Assembly (NCBI GenBank): GCA_011109175.1
Contig: RDEW01000013.1
Coordinates: 1,034,181-1,098,180 of the forward strand
Reading direction: 5' to 3'
Source of the DNA: Dicyema japonicum
Lineage: Eukaryota > Animalia > Dicyemida
DNA length: 64,000 bases
In this document: positions 22,021 through 36,416 of the stretch, one piece after another
Position numbering within the stretch: position 1 is the stretch's first letter
Layout of the letters: each line of letters begins with the position of its first letter
Position numbers and translations under genes: made by a program
The notes under the pieces: generated by a model
Databases searched by the model: none
Told to the model about the DNA's origin: nothing
The model's input: only the letters and a program-made list of their open reading frames with translations

Positions 22021-22959
22021 CAGTACAAGTTTATAAATCGATTTTCTATTCTTGGAAGTTACGACCTTTCCTCCGCTTTGTGAAAAGGCAGAAATCCACC
22101 TTTTCCTGGGAAAAGGAAAGTCGGTGGGTCAGAAGTTTTTTACTAAGTCAATTTCCTTGCAAGTAAGAGTGAATGCGCTTCTGGTTAGCGTTGTAGTTTT
22201 TCAGATGCACGTGTTTGGAATTTATTTATTGAAAACCCAAAAATAATCACTAAGTTATGGAAGAAACACGCCCACTATGTGACTCCAGTACTTTCTATAA
22301 ACTCGGAAAACACGACGGTGCTTCGGGGTATCATTTGAGCGCTCATTCTTTTCAGAAGAACCTAAAGAGCAATAATGATAATTGATTTTTATTGAGTAGA
22401 GATTTTGTAAGTTTTTCAAGTTACAAAATTAATTCTCAACTCATGATATGAAGCCGAGTATGAATGGTGGAGAATGGTGGAAAATGCATTTCCCCAAATT
22501 AAACCGTATACGACGTTTATTAGCATTATTATGATAATAGCCGATGAAATGATATAAACTGGTTTTACGTTGACGGATCATTTGGAATAACTGTTTAGGT
22601 CTGTGCTTGCAAACTGGACCACGTTAGCTCTTAAAGTTTCTGTTCCTACCTTGGATATGTAACGAACGTCGACATTGACAAAATCGACAGGTTGGGGGTT
22701 AACTAATATTCAGATTTTTCTACATTTGCTTTAAAAAGAAAATTATCTTCACTAAATCATTTTGTAAGGCAAATTCTTCCCGAAACTCGAATCTGCTGAA
22801 AAGTGACCCCAACTCGCTTGTGTACGTCCAAATCCTCAACATTAATTACACGCTGGTTTACTGTAGCTGTTGACATGCAGAAAAATCTTGTTCAAACCTT
22901 CCAGCCTTACATCCCCACAAAGATTTTACCCCACAAAATTCTCAAGTGGTAATTTATTC

Positions 22960-23150
22960 GTTGGATACTTGGATACTCGGCCATTCTTGAACCGGTCGGG
23001 TTATGCAGAAGTGATGGGAAACGACCGGAGGGGATGACCATATTTCCCTTTGAGGCCGGGAAACCAATTATTTGAGACGTGACATGTACAGACACGTTTG
23101 CCCCTAAAAATCTTCACGAGTGAGCTTCAAGGGCCAGCTATTCAATGAGG
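22960..23150 (+). mobile_element. CRE-clade endonuclease relic
   Basis: GYSAILEPVGLCRSDGKRPEGMTIFPFEAGKPII*DVTCTDTF. Confidence 0.85.
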
Positions 23151-24329
23151 GCGGCAACTAACTAACTTATGTTTTGACAAAAAAAATTATCTTCAAAAAA
23201 TTTATTCGTTGTTACGGGAATTTAGCGTTTATGTCATTTACTTGACTGACCGTTTATGTCATTACTTGATGTGGAGCAAAGATAAATGGAGTTATCAACC
23301 GGTTGGTCAAATTTGATATTTTTTTAAAAGTCATATTTGTTGGAAAGAAGGAGAAAATAGTATTTTTAGTGGACGAAGGAACTCTGGATATGACTGAGTC
23401 ACTGTGGTTTCTTCCTGATATATTCTGGAGTGATTTCCCTCCGTAAGGCCATTTGTTATCATAAATGCTGCCACGTGTACCAGATTCAAAAAGGATGAAA
23501 TAATGGAGGTCAAAGTAGACAGCCAATTACCACCTCCTGAAGTATTTGGGTATTTTAGTTCATAGAAACATATTTTTACGATATTATGATCAACTTTAAT
23601 AAAGTCACTTTTCTCTCTTTAAAATACAGTCTACGCTTTATAATTAAATTATTCCAAAGACCAAGGGTGAAACCAAACAAACCATTGATCCTTACGCGTT
23701 CCAGCAGAACCCTCACCCAAACACAGTGATCCAGAAGACGTTTTCAAGGGAGCTGAGGTCGGTTCCAGAACTTAGCGCCAGGGAAAGAAATTCTCTCCCG
23801 GTAGAATCAATATATGGATCTTTTTGAAGACATTGGGCGTCTCATGACTAAGTTGGATCAGAGAGGAGAGAAATCTTAAATCAATTTGCCACGTGGCACC
23901 ACATTACACGCTTTATGTTTTTACGTCTATTTTGTTAAATAATTATAGTTATTTTATTTTTTTTAAAATAATTGGCTTTACAGCCTAGTTGATACTCTTT
24001 GAAATTAAGCTTCGCCAGTTAGACTTACGTCATTAAAATAGAGTTGCTTTAGGTGTGAGAAAGACACATATCATGGATAGTGGTCACGTGTTGTAGTGCG
24101 TGGAATAAGACAGGAATGGAACTCAGATTTCCCAGTCGACTTAAAGTTGAAGTTTATTCATTGCAAATCACATGTGTTGGTCTCTTCATTCCTCTTCAAG
24201 CCATACAGTGACAGACATGAACTACTTTAGCTCAATGACGCATTCTTTGAATCCCATCTTCACTGATGATATGGTTGTTTCATAAAGTCTCCCAATTTTC
24301 TGTTCACAAACTTTGTAACCAATTCGGAA

Positions 24330-24500
24330 GCTGTTTAATCGGCCGGCAATCAACTTGGATGACAGGGGATGACAGCTATAGGGATCGATCCGACGTCCAC
24401 AGCGACATTTTCGTTCAGCACACATTTTAAGGCAAAGACGGAGCGAGGAATTCACTCACCATCCACCCAGTTGCCGATTTCAGCATTAATTATCGTTGTA
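24330..24500 (-). mobile_element. CRE-clade zinc-knuckle relic
   Basis: CAERKCRCGRRIDPYSCHPLS matches [21 protein letters not shown]. Confidence 0.75.
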
Positions 24501-24707
24501 GACTCCTCTTCCAAAGTATGTATGTACTCAACTAGAGTACTCTCAAGTGTCCTCTTCAACACATCAAATAAACATGTACCCTTATATCACATCAATTGAC
24601 ATAACTCCCATTTATGTTTTATAGGATCTGGAGACCACACCATCCTCAAAACAATACTGAAGTTTCGCACAATGTTTTATCTCCTTAATCAATAAGTCAA
24701 TTTCACT

Positions 24708-25060
24708 AGACACATTTGTTCATGTTGAATAAATTAATTTCTTTGATTATTAAAATTTATATATATTTATGAATTATAAAAATTTATAGATATATTTTAA
24801 TATCCAATGAAAAATTTATGAAATTTAAATTTTTGATTCAATTTTCAACATCAATTAATTTATCGGGGTATTTCCCGTAGTTGTGGGCAGGAGGTTCCGT
24901 TCAATGTCCTCAGCGAGGATTAGAGTAACCAATCCGATCTTTAGGAGCGAAAGCTATGCGACTGATAAATACCGCCATTATCTTTCCGACTTCCCGAGGT
25001 CGTTGAACAGGTTGACAATGGAATTATTGTGGTCATTTAGTTGCCAGATTAATACTGGAA
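24708..25060 (-). repeat. Dispersed repeat B, second copy
   Basis: Reverse complement of 5531-5918. Confidence 0.8.
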
Positions 25061-26281
25061 TGCAAATTTCTTAACGTGAAGGTGAACCACACCGAAAATT
25101 GGTAGCGACCTGCATCTGCAGCGTCTTATTTAATAGCTGGGGCCTCCTACTAGTTAGTGTGGCCGAGTTTACTTAAATAAGTAAATATCAGTTAGTGAGG
25201 CGAGTTTACTTAAATAAAAATTAATATGGCTGTGGCATATCATAATTAAAAAAATTCCAATTTCAAAAAATAGCTCCCAAAAGAACAAATTTTCCCCCTA
25301 TCTATAAATTTTGCCCTTGAGGTACGAATCGACCTTGTTGATAAAAAACTCAAACACATCAATATTCATCCATTTGGTCAAGCAAATTAGCTTCGTATCA
25401 AGGCCGAGCACATTAGTAGTATATTTTCGACATTTCATTCACGTCCAGCAGCTTCTAAGATGGAATTATCTATCATCACAATCGTTGTGTTTTCTTCTCG
25501 AAAGAATATTTTTAGGTTGTCCATAATCCGTAGGTGGTTGTTAAAGAATTACGAGATCCTAGATTGTGGTTGTCAATAATAATCGCTTAATTTTTAATTT
25601 CGTAAATTGGTTTTTCAAAAATTCTACATCCACTGGGGGAGTCAGAGTTATCGAGTACCCTATACAAGAAGTCTAAGCCGATCATGATCCGCTGAATCGA
25701 TGGCTCTATCAAACAGTCGCCAATTTATTTCCGTTAACTAATTGCTCAGCTGATTAAGTATTGCCTGGTCTTTAGTCCCTTGAGTCCTTCTTCGGGTTCT
25801 CAATTTATTGTGACTGTTCAGATGGGATCCCTAATATAGACAAAGTTTTCTGCTCTCAACATTTCGTAACCAACACTTATAAAGTGTGTAAATTAACACA
25901 TTCTGTCGTATAAAATACTTCGGTGACCATAGCGTGTATTGTAGACAATTTAATGCTCTCATATTCTCACCATTATGTCTTTCCACTAACAATACTCTGT
26001 TAGTTTGATTCACCCTTACTGAAAGACCAAATATTTCTCTTGCTTTTGTTTGTTCCATCTCTTTCGTCAATACTAGAAAACCGTCATGAGATCCGGTTGT
26101 AATAGATAGTGGCAACTGTCTGGGTTATTTTCTATCCCCCATCTATTTTTGAAATGGAAGGTCCTGATTTTGTAACAAATAGAAACTGATTTAAAAAATT
26201 ATCAATTTATTTAAATAAATTAAAATATTTTGAATTTTATGTTTTGAAGTAAGGGATCAACAAACACGAATGGATAATCAG

Positions 26282-26347
26282 AAAGTGTGTGTCCTGCCTA
26301 TGCGGAGCTAATACTACGGCTCCGTGAAAAAGGCTGTTATTATTATT
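26282..26347 (+). mobile_element. 5'-truncated SINE (hairpin + (TTA)n tail only)
   Basis: GTGTCCTGCCTATGCGGAGC...GCTCCGTGAAAAAGGCTGTTATTATTATT, nearly identical to the SINE 3' end. Confidence 0.85.
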
Positions 26348-27299
26348 CGGGTCTCAGACTATTACCACTATAACATACCAGATGACGTCATCCACACTGG
26401 TCAGCTCAGAAAACCGAAATACTACTATCAATGAGAATTTTGAAACTGGAACCAAAGTCATAGTGTTGAAGAGAAGGAAGTCAAGCCTGGATAATCCCTT
26501 TGCCTTTTTTAAATTCCAATATGTCTTGGAGCTTATTAAAAAATAACCCACTTTTAAAAAGCAGCAAGACCTTGTTCGTTTCGTGGACGTGTTCATGTGG
26601 ATCAGTTACCAAGCCATTATTCTCACATAGAAAACCGAGGTAGTAAAATTTTATCAAAGCTACGTATTGAAAAACGTTATAATCAAGTTAGAGAGACTAA
26701 CTCTTCAGGATGATGGAGGTATCGAAACATCCCGTATCTAATTCTTATGTCATTCTTCCTAAGAGTTTAGAGATGATCTCAGCCAAGTAGAAAAGGGCAT
26801 CAAAGTGACGGAAGAGTGAATTTCCCCTAATAAAATGCCCAGCATAGACGCCAGTACGTGTTCGTGTGGGTTCAAGAGAAGAACATCGTGCCAAGCTGAT
26901 GGCACGTTTGAACGTGTTGAGTTTGAATAATTATGGGTTTTACAGTGGTCATGGATTAGTAAAAATAGCTATTCATAATGATACAAGGCATCGTGGTACA
27001 CACTCTTAAGTTAACATATAGTTATCTGCTCTTGGCTTCCGTAAATTCCTACAGATATCATGGGATCCACTTAATACGGGAGATGCTTGGCCGACGCCCG
27101 AAAAAAATTCTTCCCTAATGAGTTAAGGGATTCCCACAATAGTGGATGGATGCTTAAAGAGAATTTGTTTCACGCTTAATGGTATATTTTACGTGATTAA
27201 AAAGAATGATAGCAATTTTTTTGATAATTTCTCAATTTCACCCCCTATGTCTTTATATGCTATCTGAATGTCGAGTAATTGTCTGGTCTTTGGAAGAAC

Positions 27300-27480
27300 C
27301 CCTTGATCCGTTCAACTACGACACTTTTTACTTAGTTGCTCAGCGTTTCCTCCTATTTCCTAGTGTTTCTTTACCTCTTAGGGCCAGCTTGATCGCCATT
27401 CTTCTCGTATTATCCAGAGGGTTTATTATTGTCTCTCTTTGGCGAAAATACCATCCTTCGCATCTTAGATGAGAGAGTCA
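27300..27480 (-). mobile_element. LINE C-terminal relic, same family as 59956-62249
   Basis: CEGWYF...TRRMAIKLAL vs CEAWFF...TRRSAIKLAL. Confidence 0.6.
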
Positions 27481-30400
27481 AAATAATTCTTTCAAAAAGT
27501 CAAATCAAGTTTACTTAGACGAAATTTTCGTCATAATCCCTTTTATCTCCAAAACGGACACCCAAATAAGGCAGATGATTAAAATTGCTGATACCACTCT
27601 GTGATAAATTGAGGTAAAAAGTATAGACCCCCAGGATAGTATGCTTTGAGCGAAGTGGACTGTAAAGGCAGCCTAAGTTATAAATTGGTAAATTATTGTT
27701 TGAACTACTGTTTCCGGAATATTGATTTTATAATCATAATGCTTGGTGACATTTTCATCATTTAGAAAATTTGAAGATTTAGTCGTCCTCTGTGAGCCAA
27801 TGATTACTTACGTTGAACACGGGGGGTTTCGATCCCAAATTTAGGCATAAATCATCTTTTTGATATTAAAGTTAAGACCAAAAAAGAAAGAGATCGAAAT
27901 CAAACACGTAAAATGAAATCTAAATGACATTTTGATATTTCCTTTATGTTCCAGACTTTGGCAACAATAATCGAGTACAAACTCTCAATAATATACTAAT
28001 ATTCGAACTCTCATTCTGACATGATTTATTGTGAATTACTAAGGCATTCTTCGTTTCAGTGATCCACTAAGCTGGAAACTTGAGAAATTGATCGGTTTGG
28101 TACTAAACTCGAGAGTATAAATTTTTGAGGACTACAAAAACCGGCAAGAACAATAATTGTATTAATAGAAATTCCAAAAACTGGCACAAACAATAAATTA
28201 TGTGTTTTTAAAGCTAAAACAAAATATTAAAGTTCGAGGATGACATTCAAACTGTGTGGCTATTTCCTCACATGACTGAGAGAGAAATGGCTGAGATTAG
28301 GTTTCTGAGTGTTGAAGTGTCAAAGAGTTTATTTTTGAAATTTCTATTGAGATTATAAGTCTTGTCTATACACATCACTATTTATATCTAATTTTTAGAG
28401 TTTCATTCAGTTTTTAAACAATTTAAATAATGGAAGATATCTATTTTTGTAAATTAAGCAGTCACAAGACTCCATTTAGAGACGCACAAATTAAATTAAT
28501 TCGTTTTAAAGAATTATTAGTATCAAATGCTAGACATCATGTTGACAATCAGGATATTAAGTTTAAATTAACGGAAATCATAATCAATTATTCGCAAATA
28601 GTAGATCTTATAGTTTCGAAGTGTTGCGATTGATAGGGCATTCAAGCATTATGTTTCGGATTGCAAGTCTTGGCAGCCTGATTTCTAGGTTCCCAGCAGG
28701 ACCTTTTTAACTCCTCCGTGTATTCATTATACACAATTGACTTTTTGTCAGTTGGATTGATAATGTCAGAGTTTAGAGGTCGATTTTTGATTATGATGTC
28801 CTGCTCGTTCTCATTTGACTTCGTATCATAATAACGTGGTGAAGGAGGATTTCCTCTTCTCTTCCACGTTCCCAACCCATGACCTTCAGTTCCTCTTCTT
28901 ATAGAAGACATGGCTTCCCTGACATAGGACTGCTACCATAATCTGTTAATGCAAGATCTACTGTGCACTCTGGGGAATTTTGCTGTAAGAACATCAATCT
29001 TTTGAATACAGATGACGGCGACCATGATCAGACAAGTACTATAAGAAAATAAAGTCCATATCCTATCTGGTATAAACAGAGCCTCTATTAATTACTTGCT
29101 GAATTCAGTAGAGCGTTGTGAGGAGTAACCCACCTTACGAACTCATCCTTTTTAAAATAGACGACACCTTGGTTGTTGGGTCTAGTTTATTTTTGCTACG
29201 AAATTAAGTGTCAATGACGATGAGCTTGGGAATTTAAATAGTTGATTAAGTTACTTAAGGAAACCTCGTTTAAATAACTGAATTATTTAGATACTTAAGG
29301 AAACCTCGCAAATTGGCCACATTTTCAAAAAAATTTAAAACAATATTTTTCTAATTTTATTAACATTATTTAGCTTATTAAACACCTCAGACTTATGGAT
29401 TTGTCAGATACCCACCTATTTTTAGCGCAAAACTTCCTCTAATAATAACCGATTGAAACCAGAATTTACTACTTAGAATTGTAATAAATTTCAGTTTATT
29501 ATTTTTTACTTTTAAAAGCTTTTTTATCAAGACTTTAAATTTTTTGTGGGACACTTATTTTTGTTTCAAAAAATTGTGAGTAATAAAATAAATAATTTAA
29601 TGGTGAATTTTTAGAAGAGTAATTAAATTTTAAGATTTAAAAATTAAATTTTGATTTTTTCACACGTGGTAAGTCCATCTTTGTTCTTTTGTCTGTCTGG
29701 GATCTTGTGTTAATGCTTAGAAATGGTTAAGTTGAACGTTCAGGAGAATTTAAGGTCACGTCACTTGTTGGGCATTATATTTATCATAAATTGCTAAGAT
29801 TCCTCGGGGACCTAAGGGACAGACGAGTATGTCAGTGTGAAGTGGTAACATGTAAAAGTTCCTTGTGTGAACAATGAGCTAGAGAAACCAAATGATTGAT
29901 TCAAAAGATTTTTAGTAGCTGTAAGTGGGAACTTCCCTTCCTTTCTTACGATTGGATATATCCGATTGTTTTGTTGTTTAATAATTTTTTGATTAAAATA
30001 ATGGTCAGAAAGTGATATCTTTTAAAAAACATGCTGCTGTGCAATTTTGTAGTGTCGAAAATTAAATGTGCCTTTCTATATACTCTGGTTCATCTGTTGA
30101 TACCCCACGTTCTACTCCTGACCATCCGCCTACTTATTCTTCATATACCCCATGATCTACTTCTGACCAACCTATTCCTTTTTCTTCTGATATCCTATGT
30201 TTTACTTCTTAATTTTACAAACATGAAATACTCATCTTTTTGTATGGTCAAAACTCTAACATGGAACATAATACTCTGTGGAAATTTCTTGTACTTCGGG
30301 TAGTCAAATTATCCTAAACCGCTAGGAGCGTGCTAGAAGTATGACACTATCCTTCATGCTTTGGCATATGAAGAGAGGTTCCCTGTACCCGCTCATGTGT

Positions 30401-30856
30401 TGACTCATCCTTCAGCTGTCTACTACTCAAGGACTCAAAATCGATCCTACTCTTCATTTCGGAGCGACGTTCTCCACAGAAGATCCTCAAGGTCGTGATC
30501 CCCATGCGTTGCTTAGTTTATCGCTTTCCGTAGTGGGACTTAATTGAGAGGGTCACGAAAAGGAGTCTCTGCTGTAACCATTCAGCCAGAAATACTCCAT
30601 ATGATTCTCTGACGTAAACTTTGATATAATCCAAATGGTAGAAAAGAGTTCCATGATATTACTGCCCAAGTTTTTGTTCTCATGAGCACTTTGAATATGT
30701 CCAGGCCCTTCATTCGATCAAGATAATCTACGATTGTGCCCATATGTTCTTTGATCCTTGAGAATCCCTTCTTTCTTCAAACAATACATCAACTTCTCCA
30801 CGATCCGTTCACTTTAGTGGGTAAAGTACACCAACTCTCTAAATTTATGTCTCAGC

Positions 30857-33800
30857 TCATAGTCTTTTTTTTTCCTGATTACAGATGATCCAATGCATTC
30901 TACGAACTTTCCTTATTTAGTTGCCAGATTATTACTGGAAGAACAGTTAATTTTAACTAATTGTAGAACCAAGGAATGATCTACACTTCTTTTTTTCTTT
31001 TTCTTGTTTGAGTGTCCTTTCTAAACAATCCAGCTCGGCAATGAGTATCCCCTGATGACGGCGTCACTCGTCAAACCCTTTCTGCATCGTAGATGCGTGG
31101 AACCTTTCAGCAGGTAAACAGCAGCGAGATTCGAATTCAAAATTGAAGAAGGTCAAAATTGAAAAAGGTAAAGATTCAAAATTTGAAGAAGGTAAAGACA
31201 AAAAATACTTAGATGAAGTAAATAACAGTTCGAATAGAACTTACGTGGTATAATGTCTATAGACTTTAATTAAACTATAAATGGAAAGTTTTTTTAATTT
31301 TTTAACTTTTTAATGGCGAACCTAAATTTTTAAAAAACTAATAAAATTATATAAAACGATGTACGCTGCGATTTTCTGTGTTTTATTTCTAAAAGTCAAT
31401 TCTTCTCCTAGTAATGATGAAATAGAAATTAATAATTGTGGTACTAAAATATTAAAAATATAAACTTAGATGGAAGTACTAGCGAAGCCAAAATTATTAA
31501 AAGATTGTATGGTCTTGGGACTGAATTTTATTAATAACTACATTACATTTCACACCAAGTAATTTGTGAGTTTTATTAGATTTGACTACAACTTCTTTAA
31601 AAGGAGATTTTACTGTTATTCGTGGGAGCAGGTGTTCTTCCGATCAAGCCCTAAATTATGAGGGAAATATAATTAAATATGAATGTGGGAGTTGTGTTTT
31701 GATCAATGGGAACCCATCTGTGCTTCAATTAAATAATAAACAAATATCGGGGAAAAGACTGGTTGTTTGTTTGAACAATTATAGAATCGCTGCTTGGACT
31801 TAAAATTCAAATTGAAGGACCGTAATGGTAATTCCATCATTTGTGTTATTTTCCCGGTTTCGTTACTAGTAATACCGTTTGATTAGTTCTCGATATTCAC
31901 TTTGGGGTTAAATTGGGTTTTGTGTTGACTAACTGTCAATTTAATTTAAATTAAGGAAATTAGGATTTTTAATTGAGTATTTTATATATGTCTCCATAAA
32001 GCTTGAACTCCCTATTTCTCCTGTTTGAAAAACTCATACAAAATCTACGAATCCCCATCGATAACTTCAACTAAGCTTTAATGATTAAGTAAATTTGACT
32101 GTGAATTCAGAAATATTTGATAAAAATTTCCGCCTTTTTTTTAAATCTCAAAAATGTGCCACTGAAATATCTTCCTGAAAATCATTATAAGTGACTTATT
32201 TAAAGACTAAAGAAAACCTTTATTGAATTAATTCTGTATTGTCTATAACTAACAAACTCTTTCTATTTTAACGATGATGATCTCACTGTCAAATGCTAGA
32301 AACACTCAAATAGCTAAGATAATGTTCAAAATCACCTAAGCATTCTGTCTAACTTTCTCCACCTGTCGAAGTATAATAGACCGATAGAAAAGCAACACAG
32401 TCTTTCTAATCCCTAACTAACCTATTTCTTTTCCTGGACAAACCGAAAAAAACTACTGATAATCTGAAAAATTGATTTTGTTATGATATCGAGTTTGATA
32501 GGAAAACGTCATAAATAATCACAAAATAGATTTGTCAGTAACTCTCTTATCAGTATCTCAATAATAATGTCAATTTCATGGAATTTTGCTCTTAGATATG
32601 TGGCGTTACTGTTTTTAAAAATTTTGTGAACACAAAAGTTTCCTTGAACAGTATAACTGATTCTTTTGTTATACTGTGAATTCCTTTTCGAACACCATCT
32701 TATCAGTTAGTTATATGTATAACGATTTTTGACTCATAAATCCAAGTTTTGACCTAATTGACTTTATGTAGATTTTATGTTGTCTCAGGAAAGCCTATGC
32801 CTTCCGTCGTAGGAAAAAGTTTTTTTCCTTTCCTACATTAGTGATGGTTTCTATAATTGTAGATATCGATCGATTGTTTGATAATGACACGTCTTACTCA
32901 GATCGTGGGAACAGGATACAATCTATTTATTTATTAACCCCAAGCTTATAATCTTTGTTAACACAACACAAACAGTCGTGAATAACTGATCCAACGAGAA
33001 CGTCTTTTTGCGACGACCAAATCCATCTGCTTGTGTTGAACAAAGCAAAACATTAATTTTTGATGATGAAGACTTAGCCAATTGTAGAAAGGGTATTGAG
33101 GTTTGTAAGGTTGAATAACCTCTTTTGAATCCATGTAGCGAGATAAAAATGGAAGAGACGGGGTTTAAAATTAAGAATCAGTTTTTCCAATAATTTTGAG
33201 TGCATAGTAAAGAGATTTGTCGAAATGATGCAGGATTATTCTTAGGCTTCCAGGCTTAAGGATAGGGCTTATATAGTACAGTTTCCAGATAGGTAGAATT
33301 GTATTCATGTTTATTGAATTGTAGAAAATCACTGTGATTGCATCAATTGCAATGGGTCTATAGTGTTTTAGTAAGATAACAGAGATAGAATCAGGCCCAC
33401 GTGAGAGGGAAGAATTCATCCACTTCAAACCCTCACTGTCATCTGAGCGTGAGATAAAGTCGATCGGCTGGATTCTCTTCCGTCTATTGAGGACAAAGAA
33501 GGCCCATCTATTTTCCTGAAAGTTTTGTGGCTTATACTGGCGTAATATATCATAAGTATGTTAAGACTGTGCTGATCCTTCTGCTGTTTTGTGTTGAAAT
33601 GTCATTTTGGGCCGAATTGTTTAATTACTCTCCATACTGTCTGAGCGGATTTCTAAAATGGAAGGGACGATACTAGTTTGCAATGTTAGTCGGCTTCAGC
33701 TCTTTAATTATTTTTGATATTTCGTCATTTAGAGTTTTTGTTTGACTTTTTCTGTCCGAGAAAGGAAGGTACTGTGTTGAAGGAACTGTTTTGATGCGAA

Positions 33801-34424
33801 TAATGATTGTGGTCTGAAGATAATCCATAATGTACCGTACAAGATGTGTCCGGTGCATAGTTTTGAGAACAGAAGGTAATGTCCGAAGACATTGATGAAA
33901 AAGTCCAATTGTGCTTCCTGGAGACTGGCAAATGTTTATGAGAGAGGTATGTGCACCTCGTTGAAATCTAAAAACGGTATTAAGAATTCGAAGAAGTTTT
34001 TGAGGCATACCCACCTGATCATATCTACAATTTGGATGATACATGAATTCCATCCAGAAGTATATGTAATCCCCATTTATGTATATTAAAAATTTAAAAT
34101 AAATAAAAATTTTAAAGATAGAGTTTTTGTGTACAAAATGTACAAGTCAAGTCACTATTAATAAGAAAAGCAAAGATTGATGTTTTAAAAAAATATGGTT
34201 GTAGTGAGCAGCTTTTTGAGTCTCTATTAAAAATGGTAAACCTCACTCCAGGACGAACGACAATGAACTGATTTGGACCTAATAAACCATACTTCCCGCA
34301 AGTCTCTTCCCTTCCCTGTTCGATAACCCGTAACCTAGGTCACAGTAGCTCGACACCTACCACTAAGCCATCCGGAAAATATTTGTCTTGAATAAAAACT
34401 CATATTCATTATATTTCGTTTAAT
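30857..34424 (-). repeat. ML-gene cassette copy 4 (direct repeat of copy 3)
   Basis: Shares both outer flanks with copy 3. Its right flank continues into sequence matching 21915-21957, indicating a ~1.1 kb deletion relative to copy 3's neighbourhood. Confidence 0.92.
31359..31886 (+). CDS. ML-domain protein copy 4; intact except one missing T in a T-run in exon 2
   Basis: Introns 31441-31469, 31559-31579 and 31762-31784. Adding one T at about 31527 restores ...GTEFLLITTLHFTP-N-LTTTS...YECGSC...NRCLDLKFKLKDRNGNSIICVIFPVSLLVIPFD*. Confidence 0.65.
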
Positions 34425-36416
34425 TCGCTTCCTCTTTCATACGCCTTTCAAACTTTTTCAACACCAACAGAGACGCCAAAGGCATCCTACCATTAAGATA
34501 CCAAATAGGATCCGTTCCATGTAAGAGCAGCCTCCATGACTCAACTGACCCTATATAGTGTGACAGCTAACGAGTATTGTTGTAAAAATTAATTTTTTCT
34601 GTCGTTATTGATTGCCCAAGTGTCGACGTGGCTGACTATTGTCGTTACTGATTGACGAAATGTCGTTATTGATAGGAAAATCCTATATTACAAATTTCCA
34701 CGTCAATAGATTCAAATTCCTTCAGTTTAGCATCATTCAAGGTAATTAAGGACATTTGTTATATAAATTCAATTGAGTTTTCCCAAAAATATAAATTGAA
34801 AGCATAATTTATTTTTCATAGGGTCGCGATCATGAGGTCTAACTCCCACGGCGTACTCAGTGCCTGTAGGCCATCATGGAGGCCATGTCATAATAACTGA
34901 CTTAATGATTCAATTTTTTTAATTTTTTATTATTTAAAAAAAATTAATTTGTGGTTTTTAAATATGTATTATTATTAAATTAATGTAATTTTTAATTTTA
35001 TTTCAATCCCGAAATCGAGTTTGTCTATCATTTTAGCGTGGAAGCTTCGAGAATTAAGTTATCCAAAAGTGAATGTTTGACGACAAATATTGAAGTTCAT
35101 GGAAAGTAAGTGACATCAATTTAGTGAAAGTACTCATTCTAAACTATCTTGTGTTCATGAGAATGGAGGAAACATTAGCTTGGAGGATTATATTTGAAAA
35201 TAAATATCTACGTTTTTTGGAAAAACCCTCCTTTTTTATATCCAAATTGATGGAAGGACTCCTAACATGACCACAAAGAAATACTTGAGAATTAACAGAA
35301 AATATTTAAATTATTAATTAATTAATTGTTTTATTTTTGTATATTTATTTAAATAATTTAAATCTTAATAATGAATAACGAGAAAGACAAGTAATAAATT
35401 ATTAAAATTAGACTTCCTGGTTATATTTACGAATATCTCTACCACGTTGGGCTGGATCAATAGCAAAAAATTTTATTACCGAGGTAAGATTATATTTATG
35501 TGGATCAACTACGACAAGCCTGTAAGTGTTGGAGAGTCTCCTGGCTTTATTTCTCGTCAGGTGGTGGGAGTAAGTTATAATTTTAATGAGTATATTCTAC
35601 TCTTTTTTCCGTGATTGTGACCATCCTCGTGTTGAATCTGACCTTTATCATCAGATTCCATATTATGACCAGTATTGCAATCTACCTAATTTTATTGTCC
35701 TCCAGGTGTTGTTGGTTGATTATATTCTATTCGTAAATTAATTTAGTAGAAAAGTCCATGCAAAGCAGCCATGATAACTCTGAAGGGAAGGATTTTACTT
35801 ATTCTTCTACATGACTGCATAATTTACTTTTAACCTTCAATATTTAATAATAATAATACTGCACTTTACAAAGAGTCATTTAAGCCATAGCTCCTCCCAG
35901 ACAGGAGGAGGGAAACCGAGGAATGCTCCTTACTTCTATTTTTGTTGGGAGTAAGTCCTTTTGTAGATGATACGGTTTCGCAGTGAGATGTTCACTGCTG
36001 ACAGCGTCACACTTCAATTATAACAAGATTACCTTAAAAATATAAATTATATTTCCCATTCCAACAGTATCTGTGGTTACATTTATCTTAAACAGATTGG
36101 AGGGTTTTATACAAGATTTTGCTGAATAAACTAAACAGAAGCTATTAAAATTAACAAGATCGTATTTTTTGAAAGAAAATCTATGCTGGACATGTTGTGT
36201 CTATAAGGCTAGCTAGCCATCATGGTATTGTCGCAAACGAAACGTCTGGCTTTCCATTGAGAGCCGGCATTCAAATCAATCTAAAGTTACAGGAACACGA
36301 TTAAAGGGACCAGAGTCAAATTCGAGAATTTTATTGTCTCGAGAAGGTACGGGACAACAAGTATCTGACACACTACGAGTATAGCCCTCAAGAATTCAAG
36401 AAGTAAGTTCATCATT

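Noticed and set aside
23270-23560. Possible spliced gene (…FWSDFPP/FKKDEIMEVK… joined across a 41-nt GT-AG)
   Set aside because: No start, no recognisable family, and the intron is longer than the others; insufficient support.
25880-26600. Tc1-like (IDERDG…W) and integrase-like fragments
   Set aside because: Motifs are too short and degenerate to support a call.
30031-30303. Hydrophobic 90-aa ORF
   Set aside because: Derives from low-complexity pyrimidine-rich DNA; no motifs or splice support.
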